A DNA stretch of 64,000 nucleotides from an uncultured Planctomycetota bacterium (GCA_903892515.1 CAITIS010000067.1:1347-65346), one strand, 5' to 3'. Numbered from the stretch's first letter, positions 47,624 to 57,545 are shown. The notes: a model not told the origin generated them from the letters alone. Numbers and translations: made by a program.

Positions 47624-49693
47624 TTGGTAGCATTCGCCGCCATGAGCGACCAACTCTGGATCAATCGGCCTTTCAGCGTCATGGGGCACCTGTTTGACGT
47701 TCACCTGCTGCCCAAAGACCCCAGGGAACAGGTGGCCTTTAAGCGCGGACTGGGCTTTGACAGCGAGCACTGGCTGTCGAGCCTGTTCAAGACCGGCGGC
47801 GACGACGGCAAGCAGTGGCTGCTGAAGACCCGCTACGGCTGCGTCGAGGATCTCCTGAGGCCATACCTCAAGGCCGCCAAGGCCGAGGGGCTGAAGGTCA
47901 TCGTCTACGTCAACGCCCATTGGTACACCAGCGACTTTCCCGCCGAGATGCTGCTGCGCCGCGCCGACGGCTCAGCCGTCACCGGTTACGGCGCCGGCCT
48001 GCTGACCTGCCCAGGCGGGCCATTCCTGAAGTACATGCTGGACCTGGCGGAGGACTTGAGCGAGTATGCCATCGACGGCGTCTTTCTGGACGGCCCAATT
48101 GCCTCGCCGTGCTGGTGCGAGTCCTGCCGCAAGCAGTATCGCGAGCGGTTTGACGCGCACATGCCGGATCAGCCGCGGAATCTCCGCGAGCTGCGCAACG
48201 CTCACCACATGGCGGCTGACAACGTGGCGGAGTTCGTCGGAGCATTTCGCGACACGCTGCGGCGCAAGCAGCCCCAGGCGATCGTCTATCACAATGGCAC
48301 GACGCTGGGCTCGCTGACGTGGTCCAACCAGACCACGATCCGCCGCGCCGACCTGCTGGGCATCGAGGGCGGGTTTATCGGCTATAATCCGCTCAACAAA
48401 CAATTCCTGTATAAGACGGCCGCTACCGGCAAGCTCCTGGAAGCATTGGCCGATGGCAAGCCGGCTGTCATGTTCGACGACCACGCCTTCAAGGTCTACG
48501 ACTATACGCCGCACACGCCGGCGGAACTGGACCTGATGCTGCTGGGCACGCTGACGACCAACGCCAACCCGTGGTTTCTCATCTATTACAGCAACCGCGA
48601 TACGCACGCGCCGGCCGTGGCCAAGCGCTGGAACCAGTTGATCGCAGAGCATCGCGAGGATCGCGCCGACACGCACTCGGCGGAGGAGGCCGCCCTGCTG
48701 TGGTCCGACAGCATGCTGCTGGCCGCCCAGAATAAGGGGCTCAGCGAAGACTCCGTCCACGCCGACGCTTCGACCACGGCCAACCAGTTCGACGTCGACT
48801 ATCACGCTGCGTTCGACGGCGCGTACGAGATGCTAGCGCGATCGGCACTGCCCTTCCGCCTGGCCGTCGAGGACAAGTTGGCGGAGAATCTCAAGGGCGT
48901 AAAGGTGCTGGTGGCGCCCTCTTGTCTGGTGCTGTCGCAGTCGGCCTTCGAGAACGTCAAGGACTTCGTCCACCGCGGCGGCGTGCTGCTGGCGGATGAT
49001 CGCTTTGGGGCGTTCGATGAATTTGGCCAGGCCCGCGACGCCAAGGCCCTGCGCGAACTGCTGGGGCTGGAGTATGGGGCGGACATCCCGTTCGCACAGC
49101 GTGGCATTGATTACATCGCGTCGGATGAAAGCGACGTGCTGGCAGGCATCGCCAAGTCGCCCATTCCCCGGCCAACGCGGGCGGTGCAGGTCCGCCTGCA
49201 AGGCGCCAAGGCATTGGTGTATCTATATAAGCCTCTTACCGGCCGATACGACTACTTGACGGATGTTTCCGACGCACCGGCCGTCACGGAGCACGCCTTT
49301 GGCAAGGGCTTCGTCACGCTGCTGCCGATGAACCTGTTCGAGCATTACGGCCAGTGGCTCTTCGGCGAGCACCGCCAGTTCGTGGATAATCTGCTGCGCC
49401 GGCACTGGCGGCCAAGCGTGGAAGTCGAGGGCCTGCACCAGCGCGGCGAAGTAATGGTTCGGGCCAAGGACGGGGCCTTGCTGGTGAACCTGATAAACTA
49501 CAACGGCTTCCGCCGGCCTTTTGAATACATTCAGCCGCTCAATGATGTCCGCATCGTCGTCCGTGGCCACGAGGTCAAGACCGCCCACGGCCTGGTCGGC
49601 GGCCAAAGCTTGAAGATCGACCATCGCGGCGGCGACAGTGTTGTTCACCTGCCCGAACTGCGCGCCGGCGAAATGGTGATGATGCGGGTGTAA
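47624..49693 (+). CDS. Putative glycoside hydrolase-like protein (TIM-barrel GH-like domain plus C-terminal beta-galactosidase-trimerisation/GATase-like domain)
   Basis: 689-aa ORF with strong GC3 bias. GH42/GHL10-like organisation inferred loosely. Family uncertain. Confidence 0.5.
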   Translation: MVAFAAMSDQLWINRPFSVMGHLFDVHLLPKDPREQVAFKRGLGFDSEHWLSSLFKTGGDDGKQWLLKTRYGCVEDLLRPYLKAAKAEGLKVIVYVNAHWYTSDFPAEMLLRRADGSAVTGYGAGLLTCPGGPFLKYMLDLAEDLSEYAIDGVFLDGPIASPCWCESCRKQYRERFDAHMPDQPRNLRELRNAHHMAADNVAEFVGAFRDTLRRKQPQAIVYHNGTTLGSLTWSNQTTIRRADLLGIEGGFIGYNPLNKQFLYKTAATGKLLEALADGKPAVMFDDHAFKVYDYTPHTPAELDLMLLGTLTTNANPWFLIYYSNRDTHAPAVAKRWNQLIAEHREDRADTHSAEEAALLWSDSMLLAAQNKGLSEDSVHADASTTANQFDVDYHAAFDGAYEMLARSALPFRLAVEDKLAENLKGVKVLVAPSCLVLSQSAFENVKDFVHRGGVLLADDRFGAFDEFGQARDAKALRELLGLEYGADIPFAQRGIDYIASDESDVLAGIAKSPIPRPTRAVQVRLQGAKALVYLYKPLTGRYDYLTDVSDAPAVTEHAFGKGFVTLLPMNLFEHYGQWLFGEHRQFVDNLLRRHWRPSVEVEGLHQRGEVMVRAKDGALLVNLINYNGFRRPFEYIQPLNDVRIVVRGHEVKTAHGLVGGQSLKIDHRGGDSVVHLPELRAGEMVMMRV

Positions 49694-49717
49694 GCGGACT
49701 TATGTACGTTCCGGATG

Positions 49718-49766
49718 GTGGAACAGGCCTTCAGCCTGTTCGGCACAGCCTAAAAGGCTGTGCCAC
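49718..49766 (+). repeat. Twin-hairpin REP-like element (family 2), copy 1
   Basis: gtggaacaggc-cttca-gcctgttc + ggcacagcc-taaaa-ggctgtgcc + acc. Confidence 0.7.
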
Positions 49767-49795
49767 CGCCAAAGACTTATGTAGGGCCGCTTAGA

Positions 49796-50296
49796 CTAAA
49801 ACCTGTTGTACCGCACCACGTCCTTGAATTGCGGCTTCTCGGGACGCTTGGCGGCGACGGCCGGCTTGCCCACAGGCGTCAGCGCGATGACGCGCAGGGC
49901 TTCGGGCACGCCCAGCACGCCCTTGACGTAGCTTTCCTGCCGGCGGATCGCCCCTTCGATCCAGCAGCCGGCGTAGCCCAGGGCCACGATGGCCAGCAGC
50001 ATGTTCTCCATGGCTGCGGCCGCGTCCTGCTGCCAGAACTCGCCATGCGGCGTAGGCTTGGGATCGACCACCAGCACGACGGCCGCCGTGGCGCCGGTCA
50101 TCGCCTTGCTGACCGAGTCGAGCTTGGCCATGACGGCGGGATCGTCGACGATGATGTACTGTTTGAACTGGGCGTTGCAGCCCGTCGGGGCTTCGATGCC
50201 GGCCTGGACGATCCTATCCAGCACCGCGCGCGGCACCGGCTCGCTGGTGTATTGCCTGACGCTGCGACGACTGTTGATGACGTCAAAGAATTCCAT
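49796..50296 (-). CDS. Nitroreductase-family protein
   Basis: MEFFDVINSRRSVRQYTSEPV... (nitroreductase N-terminal signature). Confidence 0.8.
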   Translation of the reverse strand: MEFFDVINSRRSVRQYTSEPVPRAVLDRIVQAGIEAPTGCNAQFKQYIIVDDPAVMAKLDSVSKAMTGATAAVVLVVDPKPTPHGEFWQQDAAAAMENMLLAIVALGYAGCWIEGAIRRQESYVKGVLGVPEALRVIALTPVGKPAVAAKRPEKPQFKDVVRYNRF

Positions 50297-50357
50297 GTAA
50301 ACTCCCTTTCAAATCGGCCTGCTGGCGCAGCTTTCGAGCCGGCGTGAATGATATCCT

Positions 50358-50391
50358 CGCGTGGCCGCTGGACGCCGCGGCCACGGCACCC
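50358..50391 (+). repeat. Hairpin repeat (family 3), copy 1: cgcgtggccgc-tggacgc-cgcggccacggcaccc
   Basis: Identical 34-mer at 60247-60280. Confidence 0.7.
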
Positions 50392-50407
50392 GCGCTACAC
50401 GTTTGCC

Positions 50408-51088
50408 TCACACTGGAATCGCCGCGCCGGTGACCGCGTTGGCGGCGTCGGAAGCCAGAAACGCGATTACTTCGGCGATGTCCCGCGGCCTGGTCCACTT
50501 GGAAAAGTCGGCCTTGGGCATCGCCTGGCGATTGGCCGGCGTGTCGATCGTGCCGGGAAGAACGGCGTTGACGGTGATCATCTGCTCGGCCAATTCCTTG
50601 GCCAACGCGCCCGTCAAGGCCACCACAGCCGCCTTGGACGCGGCATAGCAGCTCATGCCCGACGCCGGCGCTGTCGCCCGCTGACTGGCGACGTTGATGA
50701 TCCGCCCGCCGCCCTGGCCTGTCATGAGCCTGGCCCCCTGCCGACAGCACAGCCAGCAGGTCCGCAGGTTCATCGAGAGCATCTTCTCCAGGTCGGCCAA
50801 GCTGCTTTGGGCGATGGGCCCAGACAGGAACCCGCCGGCCACATTGGCCACGATATCCAGCCGGCCATGGCGGTCGCGGACCTCCGCAAACACCCGTTCA
50901 ACCGCCGACTCGTCGGAGAGGTCCGCCTGGTGAAAGAAAACATTCACCCCGACGGCGTCCGGTTGGCCGTAATGGTAAATGCCGTGGACGATGGCCCCAT
51001 CGGCGACGAAGCGTTCGATGACGGCCCGGCCCAGGCTGCCGCCGGCGCCCGTGACGAACGATATCTTGTTTTCCAAGCTCGGACGCAT
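50408..51088 (-). CDS. SDR-family short-chain dehydrogenase/reductase
   Basis: ISFVTGAGGSLG (TGxxxGxG). YAASK catalytic motif. ATG at 51086-51088. Confidence 0.85.
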   Translation of the reverse strand: MRPSLENKISFVTGAGGSLGRAVIERFVADGAIVHGIYHYGQPDAVGVNVFFHQADLSDESAVERVFAEVRDRHGRLDIVANVAGGFLSGPIAQSSLADLEKMLSMNLRTCWLCCRQGARLMTGQGGGRIINVASQRATAPASGMSCYAASKAAVVALTGALAKELAEQMITVNAVLPGTIDTPANRQAMPKADFSKWTRPRDIAEVIAFLASDAANAVTGAAIPV

Positions 51089-51302
51089 AAGATAGTTGCT
51101 CCGTTGCGCCGGTGACTGTGCTTGCCCAGGCAAAGCCAGCATCGGCGGTGCGGCCAGGCCGCATTCAAGGTTGCGTGAGCTTGCGGCCTGAACGATTATC
51201 GGCTCGACCGGGTTGCGTAGGTCAGTAAACGTCTGGCCGCCCGCGAGTTGAGAAGACGAAAAGCTTTCAATCGCCGTCGGCGTTATCGTAAGATTTTAGG
51301 CA

Positions 51303-54300
51303 ATGAAGGTGGACTCAAGATTCCTCACCAGCCAGGGGCCGGAGATCTTTACCGGCAACGAACTGTTGGTCAAAGGCGCCCTGGAGGCCCAGGGCGGCAT
51401 GCATCTGCTGGGCGGCTACCCGGGCTCGCCCGTGGCGGGCTTCTTTGATGCGCTCTCCCAGATCAAAGACCTGCTTACCGAAAAGGGCATCCGCGCCGTC
51501 ATAAACAATAACGAGGCACTCTCCGGGGCCATGCTCAATGGCAGCCAGCTTCTGGGCTGCCGGGCAATGATCGTCATGAAGTCCGTGGGCGTGCACGTGG
51601 CCGCCGATGCGCTGGCGTTGGGCAACCTGGCCGGGGCGCATCCCGACGGCGGGGCCATCCTCGTCTGCGGCGACGATCCCTGGAGCGACTCCACCCAGGT
51701 GCCCGCCGACAGCCGGTACATCTGCAAGCACCTGCACATGCCCGTCATCGAGCCGGCCACGGCGCAGGACGTAAAGGACTACGTCGATCTGTCGCTGCGG
51801 GTTTCGCGAGAGGCCGAGTTGTACGCGGGCTATCTCATCACCACCAACCTCGCCGATGGCGGCGGCACCGTGCAATGCCGGCCTAACCAGTTTCCAACTT
51901 TCAGCACCCGCCAGCAGTTGGCGATGAAGACCGACGAGATCAACCTGAACAAATACGTCCTGCTGCCGCCGCGAACATGGTGGCAGGAGGCATCGCTGCC
52001 GGCGCGGTTTGCTCGCGCCATGGCCACCGCCCGGCGCACCGGCATGAACCAGCTGCTCTTTGGCGGCGGCGGGAAGAAGAAGCCGCTGGGCTTTGTCGCC
52101 AGCGGGCTGGCTTTTAGCTATCTTCAGCAAGCACTGGGCGAGATGGACCTGCTGGGCGAATTCCCCATCGTCAAGTTCGGCCTGAGCTATCCCATCGACC
52201 CGCAGATGGTGCGCGAGTTGGCGCAGCAGTGCGACCGCATCATCGTCGTGGAAGAGCGCCGCGGCTTCATGGAAGAGCAGATCGGCCAGGTCATTCTGCG
52301 CGACCGCCAGGAAGGCGCCGACACGGGCAATGTCGAGCTTTGGGGCAAGAAGTTTCCGGGCAACCTGCCGGGCTTCCCGGAACGGCTGGGCCTGCATCCC
52401 TCGCTCGTCATCGAGACGCTGGGCAGGTTGATGGATCATCTGGCCAAGCGCGGCCAGTTAGGCAGCTCCGGCGAAGCCTCCTCCAAGCGCGAGGTCGAGA
52501 GCATCCAGGCCACCGGTCGCGCCGAGTTCGGCGCCACCCCGCCACGGCTGCCCAGTTTCTGCCCCGGCTGCCCGCACCGCGACAGCGCCAGCCTGTGCCT
52601 GGAAATCAAGAAATCCTTCGCCGACGAACTCTACATGCGGCGGATGCACAAGCGTGGGGCCGTGGACCTGGTCTTCCACGGCGACACCGGCTGCTACACG
52701 ATGCTGATGTTCCCGCCCAACACGCCGCTGATGCACAATTATTCCGGCATGGGGCTGGGCGCCGGCACCGGCTCGGGCATCGACCCGTTCGTCACCAACA
52801 AGCAAGTCGTCTTCATGGGCGACTCGACCTTCTTCCACTCCGGCCAGATCGGGATTTCGCAGGCCATCAAGCTGGGCCAGGACATCACCTTCATCATCCT
52901 GGACAACCGCACCACGGCCATGACGGGCCACCAGCCCACCCCGGGCGTCGACTACGACATTCTGGGCAACTCCACGGCCGCTCAGAGCATCGACGACATC
53001 GTCCGCGGCATGAGCATCGATGGCACCTTGCCAGTGGTGCGCGTCTCGCCGGAACGACGAACCGAGTACCGCCGGCTGCTGGAGCAGACGTTTCTCTCCG
53101 ACGGCGTGAAGATCATCATCGCCGACAAGGAGTGCGGCATCACGCGCACACGGCGGCGGCGCAGGGCCGAGCGGCAGGTCATCCGCAACACGGGATTCCT
53201 TCCCGCCTGGGAGCACATGAATGTCAACCAGGACATCTGTAACTTCTGCCTGGACTGTTCGCGGCTGACCGGCTGCCCTGGCCTTAAGCACGTCCAGACC
53301 GACTACGGCCTGAAGACCGACACCGACCTGACCTGGTGCGTCAACGACGGCGCGTGCGAACGCATCGGCAGTTGCTCGGCCTTCGAGCACGTGACGATCA
53401 AGCGCAAGGCCGCCCCGCGATCCAGGGTTCCCGAACTGAACCTCGACGCGATTCCCGAACCGGCCCTGCCGCCCATGCCCGAAAGCGGGCTGTGGCGCTG
53501 CTGCCTGGTGGGCGTGGGCGGCATGGGCATCGGCCTGGCCACACAGGTGCTGGTCCGCGCCGGCCACAAGCAAGGCCTGGAGGTCACCTTCTACGACAAG
53601 AAGGGCCTGGCCATTCGCAACGGCGGCACTATCAGCCACGTGACTTACGCCTCTGGCTCGACCAAGCCCGTGACAGCGGTGATTCCCTTCGGCAAGGCTG
53701 ACCTGCTGCTGGGCATGGACGTGCTGGAGGCCGCCAGGGCTGTCGATCCCGAATCGCGCAGCCGGATCGCTTCGCCCGAGCGAACCGCCGCGGTCATCAA
53801 CACCGATAAAATTTCGACCATCAGCGGGCTCATCAATGGCCGGGACTTTGACGTCGAAGGGCTCGACCAGGTTATTCGGCGGCACACCCGGCCCAACGAG
53901 ACGTTCACGCGCAACATTGGCCGGCTGTGCGAAAAGTATCTCGGCAACAAGCTGTACACGAACATCATGCTGCTGGGGCTGGCCTTCCAGAAAGGCCTGA
54001 TCCCCGTTTCGCTGCACTCGATGGCCTGGGCCATCAAGGACACCATCAAGGCCGACTTCCGCAAGAACATGTATGCGTTCAACATTGGGCGCAAGCTCAT
54101 GGTCGAGCCGGCGCTCTTCCAAGGCCCGCCCAAGCGCACCGGCTGGCGCGAGACCCTGGAAGACAAGTGCCGCCACACGATCCGCCGCTACGGACGCGGG
54201 CAGGTCATGGCCGAGTCGCTGCGACAGATGGCGGCCGAAGTGGTCGGCAGGATGGACACGCTGGATGAGTCCGTCAAACGCGACGTGATCGTTCGCCTGT

Positions 54301-56048
54301 ACGACTGCATGCGCTGGGGCGGCCTGGAGTACGCCCGGCGCTACGCCGACGCCATCGCGTCCGTCCACGAGCAGGAAACCCGCGGCATCGTCACCTGCGG
54401 CTTAGAGCAGTACGGCGCCAAGCTGCCGGCCACGCGGGCCGTCATCGACAACTTGGCCAAAGCGATGCTCATCAAGGACATCGTTTTCATCGCCGAGCTG
54501 GCCACCAGCCCCGAAAAGTACGCCCGCGACCGCGAGAAGTACAACGTCAACCCGCCCTCGGGCGACCGCATCGTGTATCGCCACCTGCTGCACCCCGACA
54601 TTCACCTGTTCGGCAAGACCTTCCGTCCCAGCTTGATCGCCCCGCACTGGGTGATGCAACTGGCCAAGCGGATGACGTTCCTGCGCAAGGGCAGGAACTG
54701 GCGGCGGCGCGAGCGCGAGTTCCTGGCCCTGTACGAGCAGCGGATCGCCAACTTCCACTTCGGCAGCGTCGAGCAGTATCACCAGGCCGTCGCCCGCCTG
54801 TCCGAGCCGCAGTGCATGCAGTGCCTGACGCCGCACTGCCAGGACCAAGGCTGCCCACTGCACAGCGAGATCGACGGCTGGATGGAACTGGCTCGCCAGG
54901 GCAAGTGGAAAGAGGCCTCCGACCTGCTGCACAAGTACAACAACTTCCCCGAGTTCACGGCCTACATCTGCCCGGCGGCGTGCGAGTCGGCGTGCCGGCA
55001 GGCATTGAGCGGGTATCCCGTGCGCATTCAGAAGGTCGAGCGAGAGATCATCGAGCGGGCTTGGCAGGACGGCTTCGTGCAGCCTCAGCGGCCGACGGAA
55101 AAGACCGGCAAGAAGGTCGCTGTCATCGGCTCAGGCCCAGCCGGCTTGGCGGCAGCGCAACAACTGGTTCGGCGCGGACACCAGGTCGTCGTGTATGAAA
55201 AGGACTCTCAGCCTGGCGGGCTGTTGCGCTACGGCGTGCCGGAATTCCGCCTGCCCAAGAAGATGCTCGACCGCCGCTTGGAACAGATGATTTCCGAAGG
55301 CGTCAATTTCGAGGTCGGGCTGGCCATCGGCAAGGACACGCCGCTGGGCGAACTGCGGAAGCAGTACGATGCGGTGTTGCTGGCCGGCGGAGCGGCCAGG
55401 CCGAGGGATCTGCGCGTCGCGGGCCGGGAGAATAGCTCAGCCGTGCAGTACGCCATGGACTTCCTGCGGCAGGCCAACCTGGCCGTCGCGGGCAAGACCG
55501 ATGCCAAGACCACCTCGGCCGCCGGCAGGACCGTCGCGGTCATCGGCGGCGGCGAGACCGGCAACGACTGCGTGGAGATGGCCCTGTCGCAAGGGGCCAA
55601 GAAGGTCTACCAGCTCGAGATCATGCCCGCGTCCAATGGCCAGGCGGCCAGCGACCTGGAGGGCAGGATCGAGCGGCGTTGGTGCGTGGCCACCACGCAG
55701 ATCCATTCCAACGGCCAGGGCGTCCGGCTGTCGGGCGTGCAGGTTCGTTGGCTGTTCACGGCGGCTGGGCGGCAACACGTCCAAACGCCCGGCACGGAGT
55801 TTGAACTCAGCGCCGACCTGGTGCTGCTGGCCCTGGGCTTCGACGCCCCCGCCGATCCGGCCATGGTGGAACAACTGGGCCTAAAGACCGACGAGGCCGG
55901 GCGGCTCGTCGTCAACGAATTCTCGACCAGCGCTGCCGGCGTGTTCGTGGCCGGCGATCTGGCCTCAGGCGCCAGCTTAGTGGCAAAGGCCATCGACTCA
56001 GGCCGAAGAGCGGCCGAGCACGTCGATCAGTTTCTGCGGCGGGCGTAG
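51303..56048 (+). CDS. Fusion protein: indolepyruvate/2-oxoacid:ferredoxin oxidoreductase (IorA+IorB-like, TPP and 4Fe-4S) fused to a GltD-like NAD(P)H-dependent FAD/Fe-S oxidoreductase domain
   Basis: Residues 1-~1160: GYPGSPV..., TPP motif GDTGCYTM...GDSTFFHSG, ferredoxin CNFCLDC...CPG / CVNDGACERIGSC, IorB-like GVGGMGIG. Residues ~1165-1581: CMQCLTPHCQDQGCP...NNFPEFTAYICPAACESAC...KKVAVIGSGPAGLAAAQQL...LLRYGVPEFRLPK...AVIGGGETGNDCV (GltD/NfnB/SudA family). Confidence 0.85.
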   Translation: MKVDSRFLTSQGPEIFTGNELLVKGALEAQGGMHLLGGYPGSPVAGFFDALSQIKDLLTEKGIRAVINNNEALSGAMLNGSQLLGCRAMIVMKSVGVHVAADALALGNLAGAHPDGGAILVCGDDPWSDSTQVPADSRYICKHLHMPVIEPATAQDVKDYVDLSLRVSREAELYAGYLITTNLADGGGTVQCRPNQFPTFSTRQQLAMKTDEINLNKYVLLPPRTWWQEASLPARFARAMATARRTGMNQLLFGGGGKKKPLGFVASGLAFSYLQQALGEMDLLGEFPIVKFGLSYPIDPQMVRELAQQCDRIIVVEERRGFMEEQIGQVILRDRQEGADTGNVELWGKKFPGNLPGFPERLGLHPSLVIETLGRLMDHLAKRGQLGSSGEASSKREVESIQATGRAEFGATPPRLPSFCPGCPHRDSASLCLEIKKSFADELYMRRMHKRGAVDLVFHGDTGCYTMLMFPPNTPLMHNYSGMGLGAGTGSGIDPFVTNKQVVFMGDSTFFHSGQIGISQAIKLGQDITFIILDNRTTAMTGHQPTPGVDYDILGNSTAAQSIDDIVRGMSIDGTLPVVRVSPERRTEYRRLLEQTFLSDGVKIIIADKECGITRTRRRRRAERQVIRNTGFLPAWEHMNVNQDICNFCLDCSRLTGCPGLKHVQTDYGLKTDTDLTWCVNDGACERIGSCSAFEHVTIKRKAAPRSRVPELNLDAIPEPALPPMPESGLWRCCLVGVGGMGIGLATQVLVRAGHKQGLEVTFYDKKGLAIRNGGTISHVTYASGSTKPVTAVIPFGKADLLLGMDVLEAARAVDPESRSRIASPERTAAVINTDKISTISGLINGRDFDVEGLDQVIRRHTRPNETFTRNIGRLCEKYLGNKLYTNIMLLGLAFQKGLIPVSLHSMAWAIKDTIKADFRKNMYAFNIGRKLMVEPALFQGPPKRTGWRETLEDKCRHTIRRYGRGQVMAESLRQMAAEVVGRMDTLDESVKRDVIVRLYDCMRWGGLEYARRYADAIASVHEQETRGIVTCGLEQYGAKLPATRAVIDNLAKAMLIKDIVFIAELATSPEKYARDREKYNVNPPSGDRIVYRHLLHPDIHLFGKTFRPSLIAPHWVMQLAKRMTFLRKGRNWRRREREFLALYEQRIANFHFGSVEQYHQAVARLSEPQCMQCLTPHCQDQGCPLHSEIDGWMELARQGKWKEASDLLHKYNNFPEFTAYICPAACESACRQALSGYPVRIQKVEREIIERAWQDGFVQPQRPTEKTGKKVAVIGSGPAGLAAAQQLVRRGHQVVVYEKDSQPGGLLRYGVPEFRLPKKMLDRRLEQMISEGVNFEVGLAIGKDTPLGELRKQYDAVLLAGGAARPRDLRVAGRENSSAVQYAMDFLRQANLAVAGKTDAKTTSAAGRTVAVIGGGETGNDCVEMALSQGAKKVYQLEIMPASNGQAASDLEGRIERRWCVATTQIHSNGQGVRLSGVQVRWLFTAAGRQHVQTPGTEFELSADLVLLALGFDAPADPAMVEQLGLKTDEAGRLVVNEFSTSAAGVFVAGDLASGASLVAKAIDSGRRAAEHVDQFLRRA

Positions 56049-56171
56049 CGGACGCCACGGGTGCGGCGCATGCGCCGTGCCGCAGCGGGCACACGCCACA
56101 GTCTGGCATCGCGTGCAACAAGAGCGGCCTCACTTCTTCCCAAAGCCTGTTCGCACTCCTATCCTGTTGAT

Positions 56172-56825
56172 ATGCCCACAGAACCTCAGCCGCAGCGAAA
56201 GACGCGCACAGCCAGGATTATCGCCCTGCTGAAGAAGCGGTTCCCTGACGCCAAGATCGCCCTGAACTTCTCCAACCCATTGGAATTGCTGGTGGCGACG
56301 ATCCTGTCGGCGCAGTGCACCGACGTGCGGGTCAACGTGGTCACGCCGGCGCTGTTCAAGAAGTACCGCTGGGCCCGGGACTTCGCCCGCGCCGATTTGG
56401 AGACGCTGCAAGAGGAAGTCCGCAGCACGGGCTTCTTTCGCAACAAGGCCAAGAGCATCAAGTCGGCTGCGACGCGGATCGTCGAGGCATACGACGGCCA
56501 GGTGCCCGAGACGATGGAAGAGCTGCTGACGCTCTCGGGCGTCGCCCGCAAGACGGCCAATGTGGTACTGGGCAACGCCTTCGGCAAGAACGAGGGCGTG
56601 GTGGTGGATACGCACGTCCGTCGCCTGTCGCAGCGGCTTGGTCTGACGAAGCACGACGACCCCGAGAAGATCGAGCAGGATCTCATGCAACTCGTGCCGC
56701 GCAGGCAATGGGCCGACTTCGCCCACCTGATGATCTTTCATGGCCGGAACATCTGCTTCGCCCGCAAGCCAAACTGCGCCGAATGCCCGCTGAACAAGCT
56801 CTGCCCCTCGGCCTTCAAGGTTTGA
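56172..56825 (+). CDS. nth: Endonuclease III
   Basis: HhH-GPD (LTLSGVARKTANVVLG). FCL CxxxxxxCxxC...C cluster (CFARKPNCAECPLNKLC). ATG at 56172 inside the longer listed ORF. Confidence 0.9.
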   Translation: MPTEPQPQRKTRTARIIALLKKRFPDAKIALNFSNPLELLVATILSAQCTDVRVNVVTPALFKKYRWARDFARADLETLQEEVRSTGFFRNKAKSIKSAATRIVEAYDGQVPETMEELLTLSGVARKTANVVLGNAFGKNEGVVVDTHVRRLSQRLGLTKHDDPEKIEQDLMQLVPRRQWADFAHLMIFHGRNICFARKPNCAECPLNKLCPSAFKV

Positions 56826-56836
56826 GGGCAAAGAAC

Positions 56837-56946
56837 TTTAGCAGGGATGCTGGGGATACAGGGGATGAAGGCATTTCGGTTCAACGCATGTACGGAACTG
56901 CATTTATAAAGCAATGTCTTTATCCCATGCATCCCCAGCATCCCTG
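56837..56946. repeat. 20-bp perfect inverted repeat (ttagcagggatgctggggat ... atccccagcatccctgctaa) flanking a ~70-bp AT-richer core, between nth (+) and the VOC gene (-)
   Basis: Observed directly. Could be a long-stem terminator or a MITE-like element. Confidence 0.5.
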
Positions 56947-56953
56947 CTAACAC

Positions 56954-57397
56954 CTATTTGTTTTCCAACAGTTCCAGCACGAGCTTGAGTTTCTTGGTGG
57001 CGTCCACGTAGGCGTACTGGCCGCCGGTGTAGTCGCCGCGCTGGACGGTCGGGCAGCCTTGGCTGTCCAGTTGGGCCAGCGTGTTGTCCATGCCGCTGAC
57101 CATGAAGGCGATGTGGTGCATGCCTTCGCCCCTTGAGTCCAGCACTTCCTGCCACGTGCTGGGGCCGCCGATGGGCTCGATAAGTTCCAGCACGACCTGG
57201 CCCATGTTGAAGAACGCCAGCTTCGCCCGGCCTTCGGTCGGCTTGCCGTGGTAGCGCGTGTGGGCTTTTTCCAACGGGTCGGTGATGACGACCTCCGGCA
57301 CGGCCAGGCCGAAGATTTCGGCGTAGTCGCGGGCGGTCTTTTCGATGTCCTTCACGACGACGGCGACTTGGCAGACGATGTTGTTTCCGACAGGCAT
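56954..57397 (-). CDS. VOC/glyoxalase-family protein (methylmalonyl-CoA epimerase-like)
   Basis: Two betaalphabetabetabeta modules with H/E metal ligands (HHIAFMV...E). Confidence 0.7.
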   Translation of the reverse strand: MPVGNNIVCQVAVVVKDIEKTARDYAEIFGLAVPEVVITDPLEKAHTRYHGKPTEGRAKLAFFNMGQVVLELIEPIGGPSTWQEVLDSRGEGMHHIAFMVSGMDNTLAQLDSQGCPTVQRGDYTGGQYAYVDATKKLKLVLELLENK

Positions 57398-57545
57398 TGG
57401 TGGCTCCGAAAAGTTTGGTCGTTACCGGCTTTAACGCCCGTCAGCATCACGGAAAGATCGCGATTTCGCAAGCGGCGGCTGGGAATTCCTGAGGCCAAAC
57501 CGACTTTCCTTTGACTTGCCTGGCTAGGCCCTCGTAAATGATTCA

